Assembly: GCA_965228475.1 (NCBI GenBank)
Contig: OZ245817.1
Span: 864,001 to 928,000 of the forward strand
From: Myxococcota bacterium
GTDB taxonomy: Bacteria > Myxococcota_A > UBA9160 > JAFDDA01
Direction: 5' to 3'
Length of the DNA stretch: 64,000 nt
Below the pieces are notes generated by a model. It saw nothing but the letters and a program-made list of their open reading frames with translations, was not told the origin of the DNA and searched no databases. Position numbers and translations under genes: made by a program. This document shows, piece after piece, positions 1-10,031 of this stretch. Numbering within the stretch: the stretch's first letter is position 1; every line of letters starts with the position of its first letter.

Positions 1-1
1 G

Positions 2-1096
2 CTCGGCGCGGCCTACGCCGCCGGCGGACTGTTCGCGGTCGGACTGTTCGTCGCTTCCAACGGAGGGCTCGCGCCCCTGGTCGCGAAGTTCGCCGGCGCT
101 TCCGAGGTCGGCCGGCTCGCCGGGTACGAACCGGTCGAGATGCTCGCGAACCTCGTCGTCCTCGAGGTCTGGACCGTCGTGAACTTCGTCGTCCTCGCCC
201 TCACGGTCGCAGCGGCCTACGCGGTCCTGCGCCGCTTCGCCGGCCTGGCCTTCGACGCTGCGCTCGCGATCGCGCTCGGGATCGGGAGCCTCGCGCTCGT
301 CGCCAGCGCGTCCTCCCTGCACGCCGCCTTCGCGTCGACCTCCCTCACGGTGTTCGCCTGCCTGCTCGTCTTCCTGCCCTGCGCGGTGGCGCTCGCCGGC
401 GGAGCATCTTCGCCACCGCTCGGCGGTCTGGCCTTGCTCCTGTTGCTCCCGCTGGCCGCGTATGCCGGGACGAACGTTCCCTTCGTCTGGAGGCTGCCCT
501 CCCATGCGCTTCCGGCGGCGGTGGTGCTCGGCCTCTTGATCTTCGCCTCCCGCGGTGGCGGACGGGTCCGGGCGACGCCCCTCGTGGCCACGGCGGCGCT
601 GGCCGCCGCGAGCGCGTGGGTCTTCGTCCAGCATCAGGTCCTCGAGCCCTACGGTCTGCGGGCGCCGCTCTACGAGCAGACCGAACCGAACGCCCGGCTC
701 GGCGTTCGCCTCGACCTGGCGACGCACCGGTTCCTCGGCGCCTTCGAGACGAGCCTCGTCGAGGCCGGCTTCTCGCGCGGCGACCCGCTCGTGGTCATGG
801 ACTACATGCCGGGCCTGGTGTTCTACGTGGAGGGCCGCTCGCCGGGCTTCCCGTTCTACGCCTTCGACCGGACCGAGATGAACTGCTTCAACCTGAACCG
901 CAGCGGGCTCGAGGGCCCGCCGTTCCTGGTCCTCGGGAGGGAGATGTCCGCGGCGCAGGCGGCATGCATCCAGCCGTTCGACCCGGTTCGCGACGTCCGC
1001 TCCGTTCGAACGCTCCGATTCCCCTACGAGGCCGTCTACGAAGGGTTCGGCGCACACGGCCTTTCGCACGTCGAGATCTTCGCGCCGCGGGACTAG
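2..1096 (+). CDS. Polytopic membrane protein, putative GT-C glycosyltransferase (5' partial); paralog of 1093..2847
   Basis: Frame is open from position 2. Many hydrophobic helices. C-terminal blocks (NVPF..RLPSHALP, PYGLR.PLYEQTE, DYMPGLV.Y.EGRSPG, LRFPYEAVYEGF) are shared with the convergent gene. Confidence 0.65.
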   Translation, partial: LGAAYAAGGLFAVGLFVASNGGLAPLVAKFAGASEVGRLAGYEPVEMLANLVVLEVWTVVNFVVLALTVAAAYAVLRRFAGLAFDAALAIALGIGSLALVASASSLHAAFASTSLTVFACLLVFLPCAVALAGGASSPPLGGLALLLLLPLAAYAGTNVPFVWRLPSHALPAAVVLGLLIFASRGGGRVRATPLVATAALAAASAWVFVQHQVLEPYGLRAPLYEQTEPNARLGVRLDLATHRFLGAFETSLVEAGFSRGDPLVVMDYMPGLVFYVEGRSPGFPFYAFDRTEMNCFNLNRSGLEGPPFLVLGREMSAAQAACIQPFDPVRDVRSVRTLRFPYEAVYEGFGAHGLSHVEIFAPRD

Positions 1097-2847
1097 CGGA
1101 TCTGCGCGCCCGGCCTGGGCGCGAGGAATCGGACGTGGGTCAGCTCGCCCGCATCGAAGCCCTCGTAGACGGCCTCGTAGGGGAAGCGAAGGACGCCGAC
1201 TTCGTCGAAGTCTCCCGGAAGGTCGAAGGCCGTGATGCAGGCGCGCTGCTCGGGCGATGCGGGCCGGCCCAGCACGACAAAGGGCACGCGATCGAGCTCG
1301 GCCATCTCGAGGATCAGGCAGTTCAGTTCGGCACGGTCGAAGATGAAGTACGGCCAGCCGGGGGAACGGCCCTCGAGGTAGACGACGAGGCCGGGCATGT
1401 AGTCGAGGGCGACGATCGGGTCCCCGGGGCGGAAGCCGGCCTCCCGCATCACGTCCGCCGAGCCTTCGAGGAAGCGCGCCGTCGCGAAGTCGACCCGGAC
1501 GTCCGTTCGCCCGCGGAGGGCTTCGGTCTGCTCGTAGAGCGGGCTCCGCAGTCCGTAGGGAGCGATGACGTGGTGCTGGACGAACACCGTGGTGGTGACG
1601 ACGGCACCGAGGAGCGCGAGCGCCGTCCGGAGGCGCCGTCGATCCGCGTGCGCCGTCGAGAGCAGGATCGCCGCGAGCACCGCCGAGACCGGGAGCGCGT
1701 GGGACGGGAGCCGGAGGGAGAAGGGGACGTTCGAACCCATCAGGTTCACGATCGGGAGCGCGAGCGGGAGGGCGAGGAGCAGCCGGTCGGCGAGGAGGGT
1801 CCGTTCTTCGCCGGAGACGCGGGCGTCCCAGACGGCCGCGAACAGGGCGAGGGAGAAGAAGCAGGTCAGCCACAGCAGGGACGGGTGGAGGAAGAACGGG
1901 TGGAGCAGCCAGACACTCGCGGCGATGACGCCCATCGCGACCCATGCGCCGAGGGCCATCGCGCGATCGCGCCCCGCCCGCTCGCGGAGCAGACGGGAGA
2001 GGCCGGCGAAGAGCAGGATGTCCAGCAGTGCGTTCGGGACCGTCAGCACCTCCCCCTTGACGTAGAGGCCGAGGATCTCGAGGGGTTCGTAGCCCGAGGC
2101 TCCGGCGATGCGGACGACCTCCCGGTAGCGCTCGGCGAGGACGGCCAAGCCGCCCGCGTTCACGAGATAGACGCCCCAGGCGAGCAGCGCCCCGGCCCCC
2201 GTGGCCAGGAGCGTTTCGATGCGGCCCCGGATCGAGAGCCGCTGGAACAGGAAGAGGATCGCGGCGGCCACCATCCCGCCGAGCAGGAAGAACGCGGGGA
2301 ACTTCACGCCCAGCTGCAGCCCGGTCGCGAAGCCCACGGCGACGGCCCACCCGAGACGGCCGCGTCGGTCCTCGACGGGGCGCGAAGCCGCCAGCAGCAG
2401 GCCACCCGTCGCCGCGTAGGTGCAGAGGTTGGTGACGTCGTTGTAGGAGAGCGCGCGGCTCGCGGCGTGGATGCCGAAGCCGAGGAGGGCGAAGGGCAGG
2501 AACTCCTGGAGCCGGATCGAGGCGCCCGGCACCCACGGGCGGGTCCGGGCGAAACGGAAGAGGCCCGCGATCAGCAGGGCGCTCGCAAGGGCCTCGACGG
2601 CCAACCGCAGCAGACGCACGTCCACGACGTCGAACCACAGGTCGAACCGGGCCAGCAGCTTGTAGAACTCGAAGTTCGCCGGTGTGGTCTCGGGGGCGTT
2701 CAGGCTGAGCAGGAAGTAGCCCTCGTCGCCCAGCCCGAAGCCGCGCGAAACGCCCCACAGGCTCACGCCGAGCTTGGCGACGAAGGCGAGCCAGAGGAGC
2801 AAGATCACCGGGCCGGCGATCGCGCGGGGGGCGGGCGTCGTGCTCAT
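1093..2847 (-). CDS. Putative GT-C (polyprenol-phosphate-sugar dependent) glycosyltransferase, 584 aa
   Basis: ATG at 2847 overlaps the upstream stop (ATGA). GDEGY acidic motif after the first TM helix, multiple TMs, VKFP motif, soluble C-terminal domain. Confidence 0.65.
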   Translation of the reverse strand: MSTTPAPRAIAGPVILLLWLAFVAKLGVSLWGVSRGFGLGDEGYFLLSLNAPETTPANFEFYKLLARFDLWFDVVDVRLLRLAVEALASALLIAGLFRFARTRPWVPGASIRLQEFLPFALLGFGIHAASRALSYNDVTNLCTYAATGGLLLAASRPVEDRRGRLGWAVAVGFATGLQLGVKFPAFFLLGGMVAAAILFLFQRLSIRGRIETLLATGAGALLAWGVYLVNAGGLAVLAERYREVVRIAGASGYEPLEILGLYVKGEVLTVPNALLDILLFAGLSRLLRERAGRDRAMALGAWVAMGVIAASVWLLHPFFLHPSLLWLTCFFSLALFAAVWDARVSGEERTLLADRLLLALPLALPIVNLMGSNVPFSLRLPSHALPVSAVLAAILLSTAHADRRRLRTALALLGAVVTTTVFVQHHVIAPYGLRSPLYEQTEALRGRTDVRVDFATARFLEGSADVMREAGFRPGDPIVALDYMPGLVVYLEGRSPGWPYFIFDRAELNCLILEMAELDRVPFVVLGRPASPEQRACITAFDLPGDFDEVGVLRFPYEAVYEGFDAGELTHVRFLAPRPGAQIR

Positions 2848-4697
2848 GGTGCCGCCGGCTCGAACTCGACGCCGAGCTGGCGTGCTCGATCGAACGCGTC
2901 GCGGGCTTCTTCCGGCTCCTGCGCGATCTCGTGCCAGCGGCCGAGGGCTTGCCACGCGGCGGCGTCGTAGGGGGCCTCGGCGAGCCTTCGCTCGAGGAGG
3001 CGCCGCGATTCGTCGGGCGCGACCGTGAACCAGAGCGTCTCGAAGCGTCCGTCGCGGAGGGCCGGAACTTCGCGCGCCCGGCGAGTCGCTTCCGCGGCGG
3101 CTGCCGGGTCGCCCGCGCGGAGGTGCAGATCCGCCAGGTGTCGGTAGGCGAGGGGGGTTCGGGGGTCGAAGGGTTCCATCGCGTTGGGCGCCGACTCGAG
3201 GGCGTCCGCGAGGAAGCGGGCGGCGCGCTCGAAGTCTTCCTGCCTCCGATAGAGGTCCGAGATCCGCAGCTGATAGGCGAACAGGCGGGTGAAGAAGATC
3301 TGGTGCGGGGCTCCCTCGGCCCGCTCGAGCGATTCGAGCGCCGCCTGGAGATCTCCGTCGTTCGCCTGGACGATGGCGAGGCGGTAGAAAAACGCGTCCG
3401 AGGGGTGGTGACGCACCGTTTCTTCGTAGACCGACCGGGTGCTCTCCCAGATGCCCCGCTGCTCGAGGGTTCGCAGGGTGCAGCCCAGGATCGCGAGGCC
3501 GACGACGGCCCCGGCGGCCACCCGGGTCGCGACGCCTCCGCGCTTCCAGGCCCACGCGACGCCCGTCGCGAACAGGAAGAAAAGTCCGACGGCCGATTGG
3601 TAGAGGTAGCGGTCGGCGGCGAGCATGGGCATGTCGCTGAAGAAGAAGGGCAGCACAGCCATCGGAAGGATCGTGGCGAAGTACCAGCCGACGCCGAAGA
3701 GAACGTTCCTTCGGGTCCGGTAGGCCGCGATTCCGAACGCGAGGAGCGCCACGGCGGCCAACGCGAAGACGTAGAACGTGCCCGGGAGCGCGGGGGCCTG
3801 ATCGTCCGGAAGGGGATAGAACACCGCGAGGCCGACGGGGGCGATCGCCTTGGCGACGTAGAAGAAGAAGTTGTGGGCGACGATCACCGCCCAATCGACG
3901 GCGCTGAAATCGTACTCGTGCAGGAACGGGCTGAGGCTCGCCAGGCGGTTCGTCATGAACCACGCCACGCCGATCACCGGGAGGTAGAGCAGCTTCGACG
4001 GGAGGCTTCGCGCGAGGAAGGCCAGCGGGGAGCGAGGCAGGTCCCGCGCGACGTGATGGTCGATCAGGACGAGGACGCCCGGGAGGGGGACGGCAGCCGT
4101 CTTGGCCATGACCGCGAACGCGAAGGCCACCCAGCTCGCCGCGAAGGCCAGCGGGGAGCCCGTTCCTTCTTCCTCGCGGAGACGCGCGTGGCGCAGATAG
4201 CACCCCGCCGAAATCAGGAAGAAGAAGAAGAAGAGGACGTTCTTCCGGCTGTTGATCCAGACCACGGACTCGAGCTGGAGCGGGTGGATTCCGAACAGCA
4301 GGCTCGTCACCCCCGCCACGAGGCCGCTCCCGGAGAGCCGGCGGATCAGGACGAAGACGAGGATCGTGTTGGCCAGGTGGAGGCCGACGTTCACCGCACG
4401 AAAGCTCGCCGCGTCCATGCCCGTCACCGCGCGATTGATCGCGAAGCTCAGGTAGGTGAGCGGGAACCATCGGAAGTCGCGCTCGTCCTCGAGGAACAGG
4501 AAGCGGAGGCCGTCGAAGGAGAGGTCTCGAAGGCCCGGGTTCTCGACGACGAAGTAGAGGTCGTCGAGTTCGAAGAACGGGAAGCCCAGCGTCGGGAGGT
4601 AGAGCGCCAGGACGGCCGCCCCGATCGCGGTGGGAAGAAGCGCCCGGGAGAGCCAGGAAGGCGCTCCGGCTCCGCGCGTCGAGGACGGCGAGGACAT
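2844..4697 (-). CDS. TMTC-like GT-C glycosyltransferase (protein O-mannosyltransferase-like) with C-terminal TPR repeats
   Basis: ELDD..VVENP, RWFPLTYLSF, HPLQLESVVWINSRK and ADRYLY motifs; TPR-like helical C-terminus. Alternative in-frame GTG at 4733. Confidence 0.8.
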   Translation of the reverse strand: MSSPSSTRGAGAPSWLSRALLPTAIGAAVLALYLPTLGFPFFELDDLYFVVENPGLRDLSFDGLRFLFLEDERDFRWFPLTYLSFAINRAVTGMDAASFRAVNVGLHLANTILVFVLIRRLSGSGLVAGVTSLLFGIHPLQLESVVWINSRKNVLFFFFFLISAGCYLRHARLREEEGTGSPLAFAASWVAFAFAVMAKTAAVPLPGVLVLIDHHVARDLPRSPLAFLARSLPSKLLYLPVIGVAWFMTNRLASLSPFLHEYDFSAVDWAVIVAHNFFFYVAKAIAPVGLAVFYPLPDDQAPALPGTFYVFALAAVALLAFGIAAYRTRRNVLFGVGWYFATILPMAVLPFFFSDMPMLAADRYLYQSAVGLFFLFATGVAWAWKRGGVATRVAAGAVVGLAILGCTLRTLEQRGIWESTRSVYEETVRHHPSDAFFYRLAIVQANDGDLQAALESLERAEGAPHQIFFTRLFAYQLRISDLYRRQEDFERAARFLADALESAPNAMEPFDPRTPLAYRHLADLHLRAGDPAAAAEATRRAREVPALRDGRFETLWFTVAPDESRRLLERRLAEAPYDAAAWQALGRWHEIAQEPEEARDAFDRARQLGVEFEPAAP

Positions 4698-4729
4698 CGT
4701 CCGGGCACCTTGACGCAGGCCGTGGGGGC

Positions 4730-6628
4730 TCACAAGCCCGATCGTTCCTCCGCCGGTGGTGCGACGAATCCGAGCGCCCGCGCCCGCTCGAAGGCGTTTC
4801 GTGCGGCCTCGGGCCGCGCTTCGAGCCCGTGGAGCAGGCCGAGGGCGTGCCAGGTGGCCGCGTCGTGGGGAGCGGCGGCGAGGCGTGCCTCGAGGAACTC
4901 CCGGGCTTCCTCGGGTGCGGTCGTGAAGAGGTGGCTCTCGAAGTAGTACGCGGGGTCGGGCTCGGCACGGCTCGCCCGCTCGCGGGCCGCGGCAGCCCGT
5001 CGAGGCTGCCCCGCACGGCTGCGCAGCTCCGCGACGTACCGCCAGGCCAGCGGCGTATCCGTTCGCGCCGGTTCGATGAAGTTCGGCGTCGATGCGATCG
5101 CCGCCTCCAGGAAGTCGGCCGCCCGCGCTGGGTCGCCCTTCAGGCGATACAGGTCGGCGATCCGCCACTGGTGGACGAAGAGCCGCGTGAAGAAGACCTG
5201 ATGCTCCGCGCGCTCGGCGGCTTCGAGGCTCTCGAACGCAGCGCCGAGGTGGCCCGCGTCCGCCTGGGCGAGGGCCAACCGGTAGGCGAAGGCGTCCGAG
5301 GGATGAGCGCGGACCGCCTGCTCGTAGAGGGGGAGCGTCCCGCGGAAGGTCTCGCGGTGCCGGGCGGCGACGAAGCTGAGCGCCGCGACGAGCAGCAGCG
5401 CGGCGCCGGCCAGCGCCCAGCGGGCCGTGGCGCTCGGCAGGCGGCGGAAGGCGGCCGCGAACCCGAGACCGGCCAGCAGGAACGGCCCGAAGGCGGCCTG
5501 GTAGAAGTAGCGATCGGCTGCGAGGAGGGGCATGTCGCTGAAGAAGAAGGGAGCCACCGCCATCGGCAGGATCGTCGCGAAGTACCAGCCGAGGCCGAAG
5601 GTCAGCCAGGGCCAGCGCCGGTAGCCGGCGAGGCCCACCCCGAGCAGTGCGAGAGCGAGGAGGGCGTAGACCGGGAAGTGCCACGGGAGGGGGCCCGCAT
5701 CGCTCGGGAGCGGGTGGAAGACGCCGAGCGGGTGGGGAACGACGGCCCGGGCCAGGTAGAGGAAGAAGTTGTGCGCGGTGATGACGAGCCAGTCGAGGGT
5801 TCCGAAGGCGTAGTCGGCGAGGAACGGGCTTTGGGCCGCGAGCCGGCGCGTCATCCACCACGCCGCGGCGATCGGGGCAAGGAAGACGAGCTTCGAGGGA
5901 AGGCTCCGCGCGAGGAACGCGAACGGCGATCGTGGCCGCGTGCGGGCGACGAGGTAGTCGACGAGGACGAGCACCGCGGGCAGGGACGCCGCCGTCGTCT
6001 TCGCCGAGATCGCCAGGCAGAACAGGGCAAAGCTCGACCCGTAGGCCCACGGCGCGCTGCGCCCGGCCTCACGCGCCGAGGCGTGGCGCAGGTAGGCGAG
6101 GACCGAGAGCAGGAAGAAGAGGAAGAAGAGGAGGTTCTTCCGGCTGCTGACCCAGGCGACGGACTCGACCTGCAAGGGGTGGACGCCGAACAGGGCGCTC
6201 GCGACGATCGCGGCCAGGGCATCTCCCGAGAGCCGCCAGACGAGCAGGAAGACGAGCGCCACGTTCGCGAGGTGCAGGACGAGGTTGGTTCGGTGGAAGG
6301 CGGCCGCATCGAGGCCGAAGGCCGCGGAGTCCGCGGCGAAGCTCAGATAGGCGAGCGGAAACCAGCGCATGTCGCGCGTGTCTTCGAAGAAGAGGAACCA
6401 CGCACTCTCGAGCGAGAAGGCACGGATGCCCGGGTTCTCGACGACCCCGTAGAGATCGTCGAGATCGAGGAAGGGGTAGCCGAGCGCTGGAAGGTAGAGC
6501 GCGAACACCGCGCCGAGGACGGTCACGAGCCCGAGCCACGGGAACCCTCGACCCGGCCCGGTCGCCGGGGAGCCGTCGCCGGACTCCGCTCCCCTCGGAT
6601 CCCGCGCGGTGTCGATCGTCCCGGTCAT
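4730..6628 (-). CDS. TMTC-like GT-C glycosyltransferase with TPR repeats (tandem paralog)
   Basis: DLDD..VVENP, RWFPLAYLSF, HPLQVESVAWVSSRK and ADRYFY motifs; collinear with the downstream paralog. Confidence 0.8.
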   Translation of the reverse strand: MTGTIDTARDPRGAESGDGSPATGPGRGFPWLGLVTVLGAVFALYLPALGYPFLDLDDLYGVVENPGIRAFSLESAWFLFFEDTRDMRWFPLAYLSFAADSAAFGLDAAAFHRTNLVLHLANVALVFLLVWRLSGDALAAIVASALFGVHPLQVESVAWVSSRKNLLFFLFFLLSVLAYLRHASAREAGRSAPWAYGSSFALFCLAISAKTTAASLPAVLVLVDYLVARTRPRSPFAFLARSLPSKLVFLAPIAAAWWMTRRLAAQSPFLADYAFGTLDWLVITAHNFFLYLARAVVPHPLGVFHPLPSDAGPLPWHFPVYALLALALLGVGLAGYRRWPWLTFGLGWYFATILPMAVAPFFFSDMPLLAADRYFYQAAFGPFLLAGLGFAAAFRRLPSATARWALAGAALLLVAALSFVAARHRETFRGTLPLYEQAVRAHPSDAFAYRLALAQADAGHLGAAFESLEAAERAEHQVFFTRLFVHQWRIADLYRLKGDPARAADFLEAAIASTPNFIEPARTDTPLAWRYVAELRSRAGQPRRAAAARERASRAEPDPAYYFESHLFTTAPEEAREFLEARLAAAPHDAATWHALGLLHGLEARPEAARNAFERARALGFVAPPAEERSGL

Positions 6629-6711
6629 CGCGCCGACCTTGCCGGTTGCACCCACCGGCCGCAAGCTCGGGGGAGCGGGCCCCGTGGACCGGCAGCGCCC
6701 GAGGAGAGTGT

Positions 6712-7893
6712 GTGAAGGCCTGGCTCCGCGACGTCATCTTCGAGCGCTTCCAGGCCTTCGTGGGCGGCGTCTTCGGCCTGTTCGTTGCCTTGGCCGGGCT
6801 CCACGCGGCGCCGGGGGCGGGCTTGCTCGTGGCGGCGGTCTTCGTCGTCGCGGTGTCGGCGTCGCAGGCGTGGGCGTTCTCCTGGGCCGCCCGTGCTTCC
6901 GGTCAGGCCGGGGTGCGCGGTGCCCTGGCGCGGGCGTACCGGGACGGGTTCTTCGTCGCCGGCGCGGTCGCTGCGGCCTTCTTGGCGCTGGCGCTCGTCG
7001 AATCCCTGTGGCTGCGGTGGGGCGGGGCGAGTCCCCGGGTCGCAGGGCTCCCGCTCGCGGCCCTCGCCGGGCTGCTGGCTGCGGTCCTCCTGGGCGGGCA
7101 TGCGCTCTGGCCGCGGAGGGTCCGCGTGATGCCGCGCACGGTCGGCTCGCACCCGCCGGCGGAGGCGGCCTCCCTGCGGATCGCGCATTGGAGCGACCTC
7201 CACCTCGGGAACGGCGTGGGGCGCAGCGAGGTCGAGCGATGGGTCGCGCGCAGCAACGAACTCGCACCGGACCTCGTCGTGCTGACGGGAGATCTGTTCG
7301 ACGGACCGCCCGAGATCCTCCGGCCCGGGGCCGAAGCCCTCGCCGGACTCTCCGCGCCGCTCGGCGTCTTCGCGGTCCTCGGCAACCACGACGTCGAGCT
7401 CGGCGCCGATCGCGTCGCAGCGGCGCTTCGCGATCACGCGCCCGGGATCCGGCTGCTGCGCGGAGAGGGGCAGCGCCTCGAGACGCACGCGGGCGAGATC
7501 TTCGTGGCGGGCGTCGAGGACCCAGGGCGCGACTGGACGCGCGATGGCCACCTCCCGGTGCTGGAAGACCTCGCTGCACGGCGCCCGGCGGAAGCCGCCT
7601 CGCTTCTGCTCCTCCATCGGCCGGACGGGTTCCCGCAGGCGGCGCGCCTCGGGTTCGACCTCGTGCTGGCCGGACACTTCCACGGGGGACAGATCGCCGT
7701 CCCCGGAAGCGTCGGGCGCCTCTCTCCGGCCGGCCTGCTGACGCGCTATCCCTGCGGCGTGTTCAACGAGCGCGAGTCGACGCTGTTCGTGAGCCGGGGG
7801 ATCGGCTTCGCGGGCCCCCGCATCCGCGTGGGAAGTCCGCCCGAGATCGCGCTGCACACCTGGTGCCCGGCCGCGAAGGGAGCCGCTTCGTGA
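6712..7893 (+). CDS. Membrane-anchored calcineurin-like metallophosphoesterase (YkuE-like)
   Basis: GAGGAG RBS at 6701 before GTG 6712; SDLH, TGDLFD, GNHD, LLHRP, AGHFHGGQ and VSRGIG motifs. Confidence 0.9.
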   Translation: MKAWLRDVIFERFQAFVGGVFGLFVALAGLHAAPGAGLLVAAVFVVAVSASQAWAFSWAARASGQAGVRGALARAYRDGFFVAGAVAAAFLALALVESLWLRWGGASPRVAGLPLAALAGLLAAVLLGGHALWPRRVRVMPRTVGSHPPAEAASLRIAHWSDLHLGNGVGRSEVERWVARSNELAPDLVVLTGDLFDGPPEILRPGAEALAGLSAPLGVFAVLGNHDVELGADRVAAALRDHAPGIRLLRGEGQRLETHAGEIFVAGVEDPGRDWTRDGHLPVLEDLAARRPAEAASLLLLHRPDGFPQAARLGFDLVLAGHFHGGQIAVPGSVGRLSPAGLLTRYPCGVFNERESTLFVSRGIGFAGPRIRVGSPPEIALHTWCPAAKGAAS

Positions 7894-8783
7894 AGCTCGG
7901 CCTCTGGCCCGCGCCGCATCTCTCCTGGCCCGATCTGCTCGCCCTCGCGGAGCACGCGGAACGCACCGGCTGGGACGCGCTCTGGTACGCGGACCACTTC
8001 ATGCCGCTCGACGGGAACCCGCGAGCCCCGGTGAGCGAGTGCTTCACCACCCTGGCGGCGCTTGCGGTGCGGGTCCCGCGCATGCGCCTCGGGTCGCTCG
8101 TCGCCGGCAACACCTACCGTCACCCCGCGGTGCTCGCCAAGATGGCCGCGAACCTCGACCTCCTCTCCGAGGGCCGCTTCGAACTCGGCCTCGGTTCGGC
8201 GTGGCAGGAGAACGAGCACGCCGCCTATGGGATCCCCTTCGGGACCGTCGGGGAACGGCTCGATCGGCTCGAGGAAGCCTGCGAACTGATTCGCACCCTC
8301 TTCTCCGGAACGGCGGTCTCGTTCCGCGGGCGACACTATGAGCTCGAAGCGGCGGAGCTCGAGCCCAAGCCGGTGCAGCGCCCCCTGCCGCTGCTGGTCG
8401 GGGGCGGAGGCGAGCGGCGGACCCTCCGCATCGCGGCCCGGTTCGCGGACGGGTGGAACGTCTGGGGCCGGCCCGAGTTCGTGGCGCGCAAGCTCGCCAT
8501 CCTCGACCGGCACTGCGCGGACGTCGGCCGGGACCCGGCAGCCATTCGCCGCACCGCCGTGGCCCATGCCTTTCGCGTCGAGGATCGCGGACGCGCGGCC
8601 GAGCTCGCGGCGCGCCCCCGCGCGACGCTCGCCGGCGACGCCGCGGCGCTCGGCGCCGAGCTGCGCGCCTACGCCGAACTCGGAATCGACGAGTACATCG
8701 TTCCGTCCTTCGAGGTGGAGCCGCTCGCCGAGCGGATCGCCCGCATCGACGGCCTGCGGGAAGCCTTCGACCTCGCGCGCTGA
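7890..8783 (+). CDS. LLM-class (luciferase-like) probable F420-dependent oxidoreductase
   Basis: GTGA overlap start; WYADHFMP, GNTYRHPAVLAKMAA.LD.LSEGRFELGLG and VGGGGERRTLRIAARFAD motifs. Confidence 0.85.
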   Translation: MKLGLWPAPHLSWPDLLALAEHAERTGWDALWYADHFMPLDGNPRAPVSECFTTLAALAVRVPRMRLGSLVAGNTYRHPAVLAKMAANLDLLSEGRFELGLGSAWQENEHAAYGIPFGTVGERLDRLEEACELIRTLFSGTAVSFRGRHYELEAAELEPKPVQRPLPLLVGGGGERRTLRIAARFADGWNVWGRPEFVARKLAILDRHCADVGRDPAAIRRTAVAHAFRVEDRGRAAELAARPRATLAGDAAALGAELRAYAELGIDEYIVPSFEVEPLAERIARIDGLREAFDLAR

Positions 8784-8819
8784 GCCTGCGTCTCGTACCG
8801 GCGAAGCCCTGTCGTGTGC

Positions 8820-10031
8820 CTACTTCGCGTACCAGCGGAGGATTCGGATCAGCGCTTCCACGACCTGCTCCTGCTCGGGCTCTCGGAGCCCGGGGTAGAG
8901 CGGCAGGGAGAGGAGGCGGTCGGAGGCGTCGGTCGCGACCGGCACTTGCTCGGGCCGGTGGCCGGCGCTCCGGAAGAAGCCGTGAAGGGGAAGGGCGCGG
9001 AAGTGGACCCCCACGCCGACGTTCTCTTCGAGCAGCGCTTGCAGGACGTGGTCCCGGCCGACGCGCAGGCGCTCCGTCCGCAGCCGCACGGGAAACAGGT
9101 GGGCCGCGTTCTCCGAATCGTCGGGCCCGACGACGGGATCGACGAGCTCGCTCTCGGCGAGGGCGCTTCGGTAGCGAGCATCGACCCGCCGGCGAAGTTC
9201 GATCTGCTCGGGCAGCCGCGCGAGCTGGACGCGGCCGATCGCCGCCTGGAGATCGTTGAGGTTGTACTTCCAGCCGAGCGAGACGGCCTCCCAGTGCTCG
9301 TAGGCGCGGCCATCGCGCTGGCTGGCGTCGAGATCGATCCCGTGGAGCCGGGCGATGCGCATGCGGTCCGCCCAGTCCGCGTGGGTCGACGCCACGAGTC
9401 CGCCCTCGCAGGTCGTGAGGTTCTTCGTCGCGTAGAAGCTGAAGGCCGAGGCATCGCCGAGGGTGCCCGCCGGGTGGCCCCGGTACGTCGCACCGATCGC
9501 GTGCGCTGCGTCCTCGATGATCGCGAGCCCGTGCTCGCGCGCGATCTCCCAGAGCGGGGCCATGTCCGTCGGCCAGCCGGCGAAGTGGACCGGGACGATC
9601 GCGCGCGTCCGGGGAGAGACCACGGCGCGCACGGAAGCCGCGTCGAGCGTCAGGCGCTCGGGGTGGACGTCGGCGAAGACGGGCGTGCCGCCCGCGTGGA
9701 GGATGGCGTTGGCCGAAGCCGGAAACGTGATGGGCGACGTGATGACTTCGTCGCCCGGGCCGATCCCCGCGGCCACCAGGGCGAGGTGAAGCCCCGCGGT
9801 GCACGAAGCGACCGAGACCGATTGGGCGTGGGGCAGGCCGAGATAGTCCGCGAGTTCGGCTTCGAAGCGCTCGCACTCGGGGCCCGTGGAGATCCAACCC
9901 GAGCGCAGGGCACGGACGGCCGCCTCCTCCTCTTCCGAGCCGAGCTCGACCCGGAAGAACGGCAGCAGGGTCTCGCGGACCGGCAGCCCCCCTTCGATGG
10001 CGGGGCGGTCGTCGGCGTCGGAGAGGCTCAT
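8820..10031 (-). CDS. DegT/DnrJ/EryC1/StrS family nucleotide-sugar aminotransferase
   Basis: SCTAGLHLAL, IIEDAAHAIG and FSFYATKNLTTCEGG (PLP lysine) motifs. Confidence 0.93.
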   Translation of the reverse strand: MSLSDADDRPAIEGGLPVRETLLPFFRVELGSEEEEAAVRALRSGWISTGPECERFEAELADYLGLPHAQSVSVASCTAGLHLALVAAGIGPGDEVITSPITFPASANAILHAGGTPVFADVHPERLTLDAASVRAVVSPRTRAIVPVHFAGWPTDMAPLWEIAREHGLAIIEDAAHAIGATYRGHPAGTLGDASAFSFYATKNLTTCEGGLVASTHADWADRMRIARLHGIDLDASQRDGRAYEHWEAVSLGWKYNLNDLQAAIGRVQLARLPEQIELRRRVDARYRSALAESELVDPVVGPDDSENAAHLFPVRLRTERLRVGRDHVLQALLEENVGVGVHFRALPLHGFFRSAGHRPEQVPVATDASDRLLSLPLYPGLREPEQEQVVEALIRILRWYAK

